Positions 13,530 through 24,957 of a stretch of 64,000 nt of DNA are shown in pieces. The notes below the pieces were generated by a model, which saw only the letters and a list, made by a program, of their open reading frames with translations, searched no databases and was not told where the DNA came from. Position numbers and translations under genes: made by a program. How positions within the stretch are numbered: the stretch's first letter is position 1; each line of letters starts with the position of its first letter. The DNA is from Azolla caroliniana (taxonomy: Eukaryota; Plantae; Polypodiophyta), in assembly GCA_043228905.1 (NCBI GenBank), contig JBHGNT010000018.1:744001-808000 (forward strand). The letters run 5' to 3'.

Positions 13530-16500
13530 TGTTGAGCGGCAAGCTCAACCGGATCCGGATCGATTGAATAAGCCTGAGCCGGATCGACATCCGGAAGGAT
13601 GAGCCGGATCGGTGAGCCGGTGAGCTGGGGAGCCGGTTAACCGGATCAAGCAGTAACCGAAAGCCTAGTAGCAGCCTAGACTACTAGGTAGTTAATGTCT
13701 CGTAGTTGGTGCCAGTCGCACTTGTGAGCATTGAAGTACCTGTCAGTCCTTTATGGACTTGTATAAATTGTGTTGTTTAGCACGTTGTATCTCCAGAGTT
13801 TTAGATTTAATTTTTGAATATAGTTCTATGTTCTGCTCTCTCTGTCCCTCTCATATATACTCTGTGTGTTTAAGCTTTTCCATTAAAAACCTTCTTCTCA
13901 TTTTTTGTTGCTATCCCGCTGAGCCAGTTCTGTCTGACGCTTCCGCAGGTTAACATTCACATGGTATCAGAGTGCGAGGGTTGAGAACCTCTACATCCGA
14001 CATCAGCATCTAAAGACAAACCCTAAGACCCAGTAAGAACAGAAAGAGAAGTGATGGACAAAGGAATGACTAGCTCGCTCGCGGTGGAGAAGCTCGACAG
14101 ATCCAACTACGCATCTTGGTCATACAAGATGCACTAGTACCTGCTTGGGCATGGTTACTGGAGCTATGTTGACGGAGCTAACGACACAACACCTGATGCG
14201 GCACACAAGGACTTCCCAATGTGGGAACAAGCGGCAAGCAGAGTGATGTACTGCTTTGCATCCAGTGTCGGAAACCAGCTGCTGAGCCATGTCTGAGATG
14301 CCAAGACGCCAAAAGAAACTTGGGGAAACCTGAAGAAGGTTTTCGCGGCAAGCACTATGGTCCGGAAGCTGCAACTCCGATAGGAGTTGAGCAATGTCCG
14401 ACAGAAGGGCATGTCGGTAGCCGATTACACGGCCCGAATCAAAGAGATCTGTGACTCACTTGCTTCTATCAACGTCACTGTAGAGATCACGAAGAACCTA
14501 GTGTCAGTCAGTCAGATCATTGACCAGGGGATGCAAGTGCAGTTTACGCCCCTTGGGTGCTTTATCGAGGAAGAGGGCCAGAAGATTGAGTCGGATGTTG
14601 ATCTCTGGCACAAGCAGATTGGCCACGTCAATTACCGGAGGCTTCAAGACCTGCAAATGAAACAAGTTGTTTTCGGTCTGCCGACGTTCAGTGGCCGGAA
14701 GGTCCAAATATGTGAAGCCTGCCAACTCGGGAAGCAACACCGGCTTCCATTCCCCACCGAGCGAAACCATAGCCGTAACAAGCTCGACCTTATTCATTTG
14801 GATGTATGGGGACCGACACAGAATGTTAGTCTTGGCCGGAGTCGATACTTTGTCTCCTTCATTGATGACTACAACCGACACACATGGATCTACCTCATTG
14901 AGCGGAAGAGCGAAGTCTTCGAGTGTTTCCGGAACCTGCAAAGCTTGGTTGAATGGGAAATGGAGAGGAAGATCAAGTGCCTGCGGTTGGATGGCAGAAA
15001 AGAATATTTTCCCGGCCAATTCAACAGTTATCTGCAGCAAAAAGGAATTCGGAGAGAGTTCAGCTGCAGATACACACCAGAGCAAAACGGTGTGGTCGAG
15101 AGGAAGAACCGGTCAATTATCGACGCGACAAGGGCGATGCTGGAGGAGAAGAGCATGCCCAAATTCTACTGGCGCTGAGGCGGTCCGGACGGCCGTCTAC
15201 ATCCAAAACTGGATCGGTGACAAGGTGTCAGCACACGAGATGTATTTTGGGCGCAAGCCGAATTTGAGACACCTTTGGATATTCGGTAGCATTGCATATG
15301 TGCATGTGCCGGAGGAGAAGGGGAGAAAGTTGGATGCGAAGTTGGAGAAATGCATCATGGTCGGTTACTCGCATGAGCAAAATGGGTATAAGTGTTATAA
15401 ACCCCGGACAAAGCAGGTTCGAGTTAGCCGGGATGTTGAGTTTGATGAGACGACATCATGGTATGCCTTACCGGCTCCGACTTCCGACCCTGACCCGATA
15501 CTGGAGGATGAGGCTAGTGAGCCTGAAGCGGTCTAGTTAGAAGACGAATGGTTCAAGACTCTAGATGTGAGTCCGGAATCGTTTCGGTTAAGTGGACCGA
15601 ATAAGTGGCTGAGTCGGGATGACTAGTCGGATGAGGAACCGACGAGTGCTCTCCCTGCACAAGGAACCGATGAGACTGCTCACACGCAAAGAGAAGGTGA
15701 AGAAGAAGATGTCGGAATACGAAACCGGCAACGTTGAGTCGGATCGAAGCGAATCCGACTCCAGAAAGGATGAAGGCGGATCTTCGGGAACAAAGTCCGA
15801 ACCGGCCAAGAAGGGCCTCAAACCGGGTAATGATAAGTTACGCCGGTCTTCCTGCTAGAAGAACCCCGTGAAGCGGTATGGGTACAATGAGTACATGGCG
15901 CATCATTATGCGTACATGACCAAAGCGGCGGAAGTGGATGAGCCGGAGAGCTACGCAAAAGCGGCAAAGGACGCAAATTGGTGTGCCCTATGGAGGAAGA
16001 AATGCGGGCACTTGATGCCAACGACACATGGGACCTAGTTGACCCTCCCTGACACTGTAAACCGATCAGACGTAAGTGGGTGTACAAGGTAAAGTACAAT
16101 GCCGACGGTTCGGTTAACCGGTACAAGGCCCGGTTAGTGGCGAAGGGATACGCGCAAACCCACGGAATCGACTACGATGAGACCTTCGCTTCGGTAGTGA
16201 AGATGACGACAGTTCGTTTGGTGCTGGCGGTTGTTGCGGTAAGCGGGTGGCATCTTCACCAGATGGACGTGAAGAATGCATTTCTTCAAGGCGATCTTGA
16301 AGAAGAGGTCTTTATGACCCAACCCCTCGGTTTCTAGTCGGAAATGAACAAGTCGGTGGTATGCCGGCTGAAGAAGTCACTTTATGGCTTGAAGCAAGCC
16401 CCTCGAGCTTGGAATGCGAAGATCACGCACCGGTTGCGTACGATGGGGTTTGCAGCTTCCAAGTCCGACTCTTCGTTGTTCATCCGGCAAGGTCTGGATG

Positions 16501-18428
16501 GTCCGATTTGCATCTTGCTGTATGTTGATGATCTAGTCATCACCGGACCCGGACTCGATGAAATCAGTCGAGTCAAGTCCCAACTGTTGGACGCATTTGA
16601 GATGAAGGACCTAGGGGACCTTCACTATTTCCTTGGGATCGAGGTGATTCAAACCCCTGATGGCATATTGCTCTCACAAAGACACTATCTGTTGAATATG
16701 CTGTACAAGTTCGGCATGACGGAATGCCAACTGATCTCCACCCCCTTGGACCGGAACCAGAAGCTCAGTCCCGACTCCAGACCGGCCTGCGATGAGAAGC
16801 GGTTCCGACAAATTATCGGAAGCCTTATATATTTGACAATCATTCGACATGACATCAATTATCCGGTCGGCGTGATCTGCCAATATATGTAGAAGCCGAC
16901 CGTGGAGCACCTTGTGTGCGTGCATCAAATTTTGCGATATGTGAGCGGCACGAAGGACCGGGGACTGTTATACTGGCATGGTATAACCGAAGAGCTAATC
17001 GGCTACACCGATGCCAACTGCGTCGCGATGTATCAGATCATCGATCCACCTCTAGCTATATGTTTTCCCTTGGTAGCGTGGTTGTTGCGTGGAGCAACAA
17101 AAAGCAGCCAACAATGGCCCTTTCAAGCACTGAGGATGAATACCGGGGCGCTACCATTGCCACCTGTGAAGCCATTTGGCTTCGGCGACTGCTGCAAGAC
17201 CTGTGGATCGAGGTGCCGACCCCGATCCTGATCTACTGTGACAACATAAGCAACATGCAGCTCGCCAAGAACCATGTATTCCATGCTCGCACAAAGCACA
17301 TAGAAGTGCACTACCACTTTGTGCGTCAGTGTGTCCTGAGCGGTGAAGTCGAACTTCGGTATGTTCATATGGATCGGCAAGTTGCCGGCATCTTCACCAA
17401 ACTGCTCGGCTCAGAAAAGTTGCAACACTTCACCGAAATGCTTGGTGTTCAACATCTCGACGTGCCACACTTGAGGGGGAGAACAGGCAAAGACACCGGA
17501 ATGGGAAAAGGTAAAGAAACTGCCGATTGCGCCGGTGAGGGAAGAACCGGCAAAGGTAGAGTCAAGAAGGACAGAGCCGACCGGAAGAAGAAGGCCAAGA
17601 CCCGGACATGGTTCGATGTGGTGAAGGGCCTGGAACCGGAAGAAGAATCGGGAGTGACTGATTCAGACAAGAGCTGGAACGAATCGGAGATAGCCAAATC
17701 GGTTCAACAGACGGATTCGGAAGAACCAGATCAATTCAAGGCTGAGAGGATGAGAAGACAACGAAAGTCGACGCCAACACGACGGAATCGGCGAATCGGC
17801 AAGCGCCGAAGTCACAACAACGAGGGAGCTGAATTGGGCCTATTGAGCAGACAAGCCGGACGAGGAGGTCGAGGTGCGCAGAATTAGAAGGGTCGCTTAA
17901 AACAGGACCGGACCGGATGAGGAGCGCGATCGAGGCGGAGTGACGCCAGAAGGAGCCGGGTGGAAGGACAAGCTGTCATGGAGACTGACACTACGATCCG
18001 ACCTCAAGTTGAGCTTGAGGGGGAGTGTTGAGCGGCAAGAGAGGGGGATCGGCTGAATAAGCATGAGCCGGATCGGTGAGCCGAACCTGAGTTGGGGAGC
18101 CGGTTAGCCGGATCAAGCAGTAACCGGAAGCCTAGTAGCAGCCTAGACTACTAGGTAGTTAATGTCTTGTAGTTAGTGTCAGTCACACTTGTGAGCATTG
18201 AAGTACCTGTTAGTCCTTTATGGACTTGTATAAATTGTGCTATTTAGCACATTGTATCTATAGAGTTTTAGAGTTAATTTTTGAATATAGTTCTATGTTC
18301 TGCTCTCTCTGTCTCTCTCGTATATACTCTACGTGTTTAAGCTTTTCCATTAAAGACCTTCTTCTTATTTTCTGTTGCTGTCCGGCTGAGCCAGTTCTGT
18401 CTAACGCTTCCACAAGTTAACATTCACA
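13530..18428 (+). mobile_element. Copia element C (same family as B), two LTRs, degenerate gag-pol
   Basis: LTRs 13530-13961 and 18026-18428; TSD AATTT/AATTC; PBS(Met) 13962-13972; PPT gagggggag 18017-18025; integrase, RT LLYVDD and RNase H present; gag-protease deletion near 14485. Confidence 0.93.
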
Positions 18429-18591
18429 AATTCATTAGTGTAGTGCTCATGTGGCCTTTAGAGAGAGAGAGAGAGATGTTGGAGAAAGACAAACATTGTT
18501 TTTGATGTATGTTTCTGCTCTAATATATGTTTCCTTTATTCTTTGGCTCGTTTTGAAGCTTGAAATTCATAGAATAATTTTACGTCTTTTT

Positions 18592-19424
18592 TGTTGGGAA
18601 ATAGATCCCTCCAGATTGGATGGAGTCGATATCAGCCTTGGTCGAAAAATTGACTAACCGATAATCGAACGATAACTGATTCGACATCAGCTGAATCGGT
18701 CGAATTCGACTGGGCTATATTTCTAATTAGCCTAGATGTGCCCATTATGACTATATTTGTAAATATTCATATATGTATATGAGTATAAATATAGTTAGGG
18801 CAAGTAGTTATGATTATGATTAGTGTAAGAGAGTGATAGAACATAACTCCTTTGTAACTGTCTGTGGACGAAGAAGAACTCAAGGTTGTTGCCATGTTGT
18901 TTTTTAGTGTACATTCTTCTTACCTTAGTCATTTGTTCAGAGTTTGTGGACTCTTTTGGTTTTCCATTTTCAGGGTTTCCACGTTAAATATTGTGTCTCG
19001 GTGTTTTCAGTTTTTCTGTTCTTCGTGTTCTTGTCATTCCTCATTGTTGCTTGAGAACCGGTTGTGGCCGGTCCCATATTCTATCAAATTGGTATCAGGG
19101 GGAAGGTTCATAACCTTCAAGTGAAAGAAAATGGAAGACTCATTCGGTGGAATGTTGAAATTAATCGGCTCCAACTACTTAGTGTGGAAGTTGAGGATGC
19201 TGGATATGCTCGTACGCCTGTGATATTCAACCCACCGAGTTTGATCCGACCGATAACGATCCTCATATCACGGCCGATCATCATCTCGAAACCAATGCGT
19301 GTGTCGATTTCTATCTCTTGCACAGTCGTCATGTGGCTCTACATGCTTTATTGGAACCGCGACTCTGTTGAGAAGGTTGTATTTGTACTTATCAATCGTA
19401 TGTGCCTTCGAATGTGCATTCTAC
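18592..19424 (+). mobile_element. Copia fragment D: 5' LTR, PBS and start of gag (related to A/G/J)
   Basis: LTR 18592-19086 begins TGTTGGGA...TCCCTCC like the A/G/J LTRs; PBS tggtatcag from 19090; MEDSFGGMLKLIGSNY.VWK gag start; truncated. Confidence 0.8.
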
Positions 19425-20518
19425 TGTAGAATGCCCTGGATTTAAACATGTGAGGCTCCTCGACCCGTCCGGTCCTGCTTTCCACGACCTGTTTGGTTTC
19501 GCGCACCTCGACCTTTCTGGTCGGCTTGCCTGCTTATGTAAAGAATTGGGTATGATTCTTGTGTAGCGGAATAGGTGTGAATTGTGTGTGTGTGTATGAG
19601 AGAGAGAGAGAGAGTGCAAGAGACAAGGAGTAAGACACAAAGAATACACAAGGTTAAGTATGTTAACAAAGGAGAAAGACTCAACATTATACAAGGTGGG
19701 AGGAGGGTGCTTTATATAGTCACCCTCTCTCTTCATTAACTACAAGACTCATGGAGCATGGAGAATGTGAAAGCTCATAAGTTATGTGTCATAGAATATG
19801 ATTCTATGACTCATACTAAATGCTAGAATACAAAGAGGTGACATAATGGTGACTCTTGACCATTGGAGTGTCTTTTTACTCTCAAGGTGAGTTCACACAC
19901 TAGACCAAGTTTAGCTTGATTCTCAATAGCTCATAAGGGTTTAGGGTAGTTGCGTTGTGCGTAGTTGCGAAGTTTGTGCTTCGACTTGCGTCTTTCTTCG
20001 CGGCTTTGTTGCACGGTTGCGTAATCCACGCGTTATTGCGTAATGTCTTCAGTACTCCCCCTCAAGCTTGGCAGGTCAAGGATCGTCAATCCGAGATCGG
20101 TCATGAATTGCCATAGCTTGTCGGCTCCTAAGGCTTTAGTGAAGATGTCGGCCGTTTGAAGATTGGTGCTAATGTGTTGTAGGTCGACATTGCCAGCTAG
20201 AACGCGCTCTCAGATGAACTGATAGTGCACTTCGATGTGCTTTGTCCGCGCATGGAACACTGGGTTCCGAGCTAGATAGATACTGCTCATGTTGTCGCAG
20301 TAAAGGGAAGTCGGATCCTTGATGGGTACGCCCAGATTCTTGAGTATCCTTTAGAGCCATATGACTTCACATGTGGCCACTACCGCGCTCCTGTATTCTG
20401 CCTCTGTGCTCGAGTCGTATTGGTATCGCGGTCTTGTAGAGGATGCCGCAATCCATTGTGCCACTCACGTATTGTAGAACTCGCTTAGCGCAATCCAAGT
20501 GAGCATCACGCGATGTAT

Positions 20519-21225
20519 TCACTATCACTATGTTAGAATGTACAACAGTGAGTTCACGGAGGCAACGACCTCGTGCACACAATCTTCGCCACAGGCGGCG
20601 GTTACAATCAGAGGCAACGACCTCTTCCTCTTTCTCTCACTCTCTGTACCCTATTACGCACTCTGGTCTCGCGTAGAAAAGAATAACAACACACAAAAAA
20701 GGTTTGCCCTAAGTCATATTTATACTAATATGACTTTTCGGCTATTTACAGATATAGCCACGATGAACTCTCATAGACATATTTACGAATATGTCTCTTC
20801 ATCCGGAGAGCACTCCTCACCGGGTCTTCACCATCCGGCTCTCTGTAGCCGGGTACTCCTCATCCGGTTTTCACCGGGTCTCCACCATCCGGTCCTTCGT
20901 AGCCGGGTACTCCTCATCCGGTTCTCACCGGGTCTGCACCATCCGGCTCTCCGTAGCCGGGTACTCCTCATCCGGTTCTCACCGGGTCTGCACCATCCGG
21001 CTCTCCGTAGCCGGGTACTCCTCATCCGGTTCTCACCGGGTCTGCACCATCCGGCTCTCCGTAGTCGGGTACTCCTCATCCGGTTCTCACCGGGTCTGCA
21101 CCATCCGGCTCTCCGTAGCCGGGTACTCCTCATCCGGTTTCGGCCTTGGCCTATCGGCCTCGGCCGAGTTTGTTCATCGGCACTATTCTTCTCCCTTTCC
21201 ATTTGGAGGGACCTGTCTCCCAACA
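20519..21225 (-). repeat. Truncated copia LTR of the A/G/J group inserted in E
   Basis: Ends GGAGGGACC...CCCAACA like the G/J LTRs; shares gccacaggcggcggt and gtttgccctaagtcatattta; other end lost along with part of E RT. Confidence 0.8.
20816..21139. repeat. 54-bp tandem repeat x6 in LTR U3
   Basis: Unit ctcaccgggtctgcaccatccggctctccgtagccgggtactcctcatccggtt, made of two related CCGG-rich subunits. Confidence 0.95.
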
Positions 21226-22632
21226 TTCTTGACGTCCATTTGATGGAGGTGCTACCCTTTCGCCGCGGCAAGGGCAATTACGGTCCGTACCGTCGTCATC
21301 TTTGCCATCGGGGCAAAGGTCTCTTCGTAGTCAACGTCGTGCGTTTGCGCGTAGCCTTTCACTACGAGTCGCGCTTTGTAGCGGTTGATGGAACCGTCAG
21401 CGTTGTACTTCACTTTGTAAATCCATCTGCAGCCGATCGCCTTTTTGAGTGGTGAGGTGGGAACGAGATCCCATGTCTCGTTCTTGCGTAGTGCATGCAT
21501 CTCCTCGTTCATGGCTTCGATCCATCGCGGATCCTTGGCTGGTTCGGAAAATGTTTCTAGCTCGTATACTGTTGCCACCTTCATCATAAAGGCATAGTGA
21601 TACGCCATGTAGTCGTTGTAGTCGAATCGGCTGACCGGATTCTTTTCACGGGTGGATCGGCAAAGCTTTTTATTTGTAGAGATGAGGGCTTTCTTAGCTC
21701 TGATTGGTACATCGAAGCCGCCGAAGCCACTGTCGAGTGAGTGAGTGGACTCATCGTCGTTGAAACTATCTTCGTCGTATTCTGTCATTTTCCCCTTGCC
21801 TTTGTCCATCTTCAGGCTAGGCCGTGATGTGCTTTGATCGCTCAAAGGCTCTTGTGGTCCGCTCAGTGGGGTCGTGATCGAACTTTCTTCGAACATGCGC
21901 AGAAGGCAATCTTCATCCTCTATCTCTTGTTCGGCGGATTCCGGGTCGAGCGGAGTCGGAGTTGAAGTTGTCTCTGGTGCGTACCAGGATGCAGACTTGT
22001 CAAAAACGACGTCTCGACTTACTTGAGATTTTCGAGTTGAGGGGTTGTAGCACTTGTGCTCCTTTTGCTCCAGTGAGTATCCTACGAGGATACATTTCTT
22101 CGACTTTGGGTCAAGCTTTTGACGCTTCTTGTCGGGGATGTGCACGTACGTTATCTCGCCGAATATCTGGGTGTGCGATAAGTCCGGTGTCGTGAAGATT
22201 TTCGTCCATAGGCGGAAACCGGGGTGGAAAGGGCAAGTCGGTGGTGTGCAACATGTGCACACGTATACTAGGAAATGGTGTATAGAAATAAGAGGGGAAA
22301 TTTTATCCCACATTGTAAGGTCCCTCCCTCCTTGGGCTATAAAGGAAGGGAGGGGTCACTTATGAAGGGTTGCCTATTTTGCGTATGAGAGGTATACCAC
22401 GTAGTCTAGAGTTCTTACCGTTTTAGGGTTAGGGTTTCGTTATTCATCCTTGGTTAGGGTTTTCTTATAGTCGTTTGGTGGAAGGCCCATGCGGCCACCA
22501 TTGTTGTAATCATTCGTTTGCTTTAATATATCTTGTTGAGTATCTTACCTCCGCCGATCTCTCCTTCTATGTCGTGATCTTATTCTTTCTTCTTCTCCTC
22601 TTGAGCTAAGCTTCCAAACATATTTGATTCTT

Positions 22633-22650
22633 TGGTGAACCCGACGTGAA
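22633..22650 (+). promoter_or_regulatory. Primer binding site complementary to the 3' end of cytosolic tRNA-Trp
   Basis: TGGTGAACCCGACGTGAA is the reverse complement of TTCACGTCGGGTTCACCA (plant tRNA-Trp 3' end, recalled); same PBS in H at 36519-36533. Confidence 0.85.
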
Positions 22651-23466
22651 GGGCGGCAAGGGAGCATGGAGATGGAAGAAGACTTCGACTTCGAGGAGAT
22701 GATGACAAAGATCGTGATGGAAGCCGGACGGAAGATGGCGAAGCGAGATGCGGCTCAACAAGCCGTCGAAAGGGTGGTCGATCAAGTCAGCCGCTTCAAT
22801 GGGAATGAGGTCCCAAAATTTTTGGGAGCCTACAAGGCCGAGATGGCGAAAGGGGGCGTGGATGAGGCAATGCGGCTAGAGTATTTTCCTCCAGTGGCGA
22901 CCATATCGGTGCACAAGGAGGTCAAGGAGCTACGAGAAGCTCACGAGTCATGGGTATCCTTGGAGGGAGCCCTATTGGAAGCATACGGGTATGTGAAACC
23001 GGAGTGGGTATGCCGGCAACCCAATGGGGAGCGGTCGGCAACAACGTGGCCCACGAGCGGCGGAGAAGAGAGGGCGGTGAGCGGCTACTCACTACTGTCG
23101 GAAGAGAGCTCGCCGCGCAATCAACCGGAGGAGTACGACCTACAGGCGTTGGTATGGGAGGCGTGCGAGAGCGTGAAGGTGAAGTTCGAAGCTAAAGAAG
23201 GGCTTATTATGGAGTCGGGCCGGAGACGATCCGAGGATGCGGAGGAAGAAGCCTCCCTATGCATGGACGATGGGGCCTATACGGAGGCCAGAAGAGCGTG
23301 CAACGACGACGACGTGGGAGAGGGTGCAGGGCAAGAGACCCTCTTGTCTTGCGGAAAAGGGACGGCCATGGACGAGGCCGGTGACTACGAAGCGGGGAGC
23401 ACCACTTCGAGAGTGAGTGGAGGTTTCGGGACACGATGGCCCAAAACATCGAGCGGGGCGGAGACG

Positions 23467-24191
23467 AGCGGTGGTGCCAAGACCTTACCCACACCGATTC
23501 TAGAGACTCCGGCATCCGGCCCGAGAGCCGGTGTGAGACCTAGAGTGATGAACGGTGGCGGCGGCAAGGCAGGCAACCAAGACGACGACAAGGAGATCGA
23601 GGAAGAGGAGGCGGCAAGTGTAATCGAGGCTTCCGCGATCAGAGACGGGGTAGCCACGGACAACGACGTTCGGATAGAGGTTGCTACGGACATAACGAGC
23701 GGCGGTGCCGGGATCTTACCCACACCGGTCCTAGAGGCTCCGGCGGTCGGCCCGAGTGCTGGCGTGAGACCTAGAGTGACGGGCGGTGGCAGCGGCAAGG
23801 CGGGCAACTGAGACGACGACATGGAAGAGACAGCGGCAAGCGTAATCGAGGCTTGTGCGATTGGAGGCGGGGTAGCTGCGGATAACGACGTCCGGACGGA
23901 GGCGGCTACGAAGACAACGAGCGGCGGTGCCGCGGCCTTACACACACCGACCCTAGAGGCTCCGGCGGTTGGCCCGAGTGCCGGCGTGAGACCTAGAGCG
24001 ACGGGCGGTGGTGGCGGCAAGGTGGGCAATCGAGATGAGGACGAGCACGAGGAGGTAGGAAGCATAACCGAGGCTTGTGTAACCGGGGACGAGATAGCCA
24101 CAGACCACGACGTCCAAACGAAGGTGGCTACAAACATGACATCGGCGAGTGATGGTATCGAGACTTTTCCCACACCTATTCTAGAGACTTC
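23467..24191 (+). repeat. Coding tandem repeat, 222-231 bp (74-77 aa), three units plus a partial fourth
   Basis: Units start at 23467, 23698, 23920 and 24148: SGGA..LPTP.LE.PA.GP.AGVRPR..GGG.GK.GN. Confidence 0.9.
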
Positions 24192-24957
24192 TTTCTCTAT
24201 TGCTGGTGCAGCATGTCATGCCCCCCGTCGAGCTTACCCTAAAAGTTCCGTTCATCTGGAAATAAAATAGATATTAATACTAAAAAAATATGACTATTTA
24301 AATTAAATAAAAGAGGGTAGATAAAAAAATCTAGGCCCCTTTAACTCAGTGGTAGAGTACCGCCATGGTAAGGCGTAAGTCATCGGTTCAAATCCGATAA
24401 GGGGCTGGTCAAACAAAGATACCATAAAGAAAACATCATTTATATCGTTTTGAGGGAAGTCGCTAAACCAGAGCCAATATGAGTTACGAGGGAAATAAAA
24501 AAAAGCCTGCTTACGCAAAAACCTCAACATGCTGGCACAAAATGAGTTCTTTCGCGAGATACCAGTATTTTTTCATAAAACTTGAAACAATCTACCAGAT
24601 TCTTTGAACAAAACCTTTTCTGTGAACAAATCCTTTTCTGTTCACTTACGACTCTACTAAAGGAAATCTAAATACCGATAGAATTAGCGACAGATTGATA
24701 GGTGAAAATGTGGTATGGCTAGCTCATCCAGCCAGTGGTGAAGCTCACTACGAGACTAGCTCTTCTTTCATTTGACTATTTTTTTTTTTTTATCACCCTG
24801 TTTTCTGATCGAAAAAGCGAAGTTATAGTTATCAATGATACCCAAGAATCAGATGGATATAATTTTTAATTTCCGGAAGTTTCAAGTTATATCTAGTCTG
24901 GGGATTCAATACGAACAATCAATATTAGTATACTTCTATTGATTAGAAAGAAAAATA
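24192..24957 (+). other. Organelle-derived (plastid-type) insertion, NUPT, 766 bp
   Basis: Abrupt AT-rich island in a GC-rich element; contains a plastid-type trnT-GGU; splits the host repeat gagacttc|ggcggtcggccc with no TSD. Confidence 0.85.
24335..24406 (+). tRNA. trnT-GGU: tRNA-Thr(GGU), plastid type
   Basis: GCCCCTT/AAGGGGC acceptor stem, ACTC/GAGT D stem, anticodon loop ATGGTAA, ATCGG-TTCAAAT-CCGAT T arm; one C.U mismatch at the top of the anticodon stem; no encoded CCA. Confidence 0.93.

Noticed and set aside
20791-21455. CRISPR-like array or repeat-protein gene (SPGLHHPALRSRVLLIRF)n
   Set aside because: Contiguous 54-bp units with no unique spacers; they lie in a copia LTR U3, and the ORFs are by-products of a stop-free unit divisible by 3.
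22421-22463. Interstitial telomere (tttagggttagggttt)
   Set aside because: Only 2-3 telo-box-like units, present in both LTRs of element I; common in plant LTRs.
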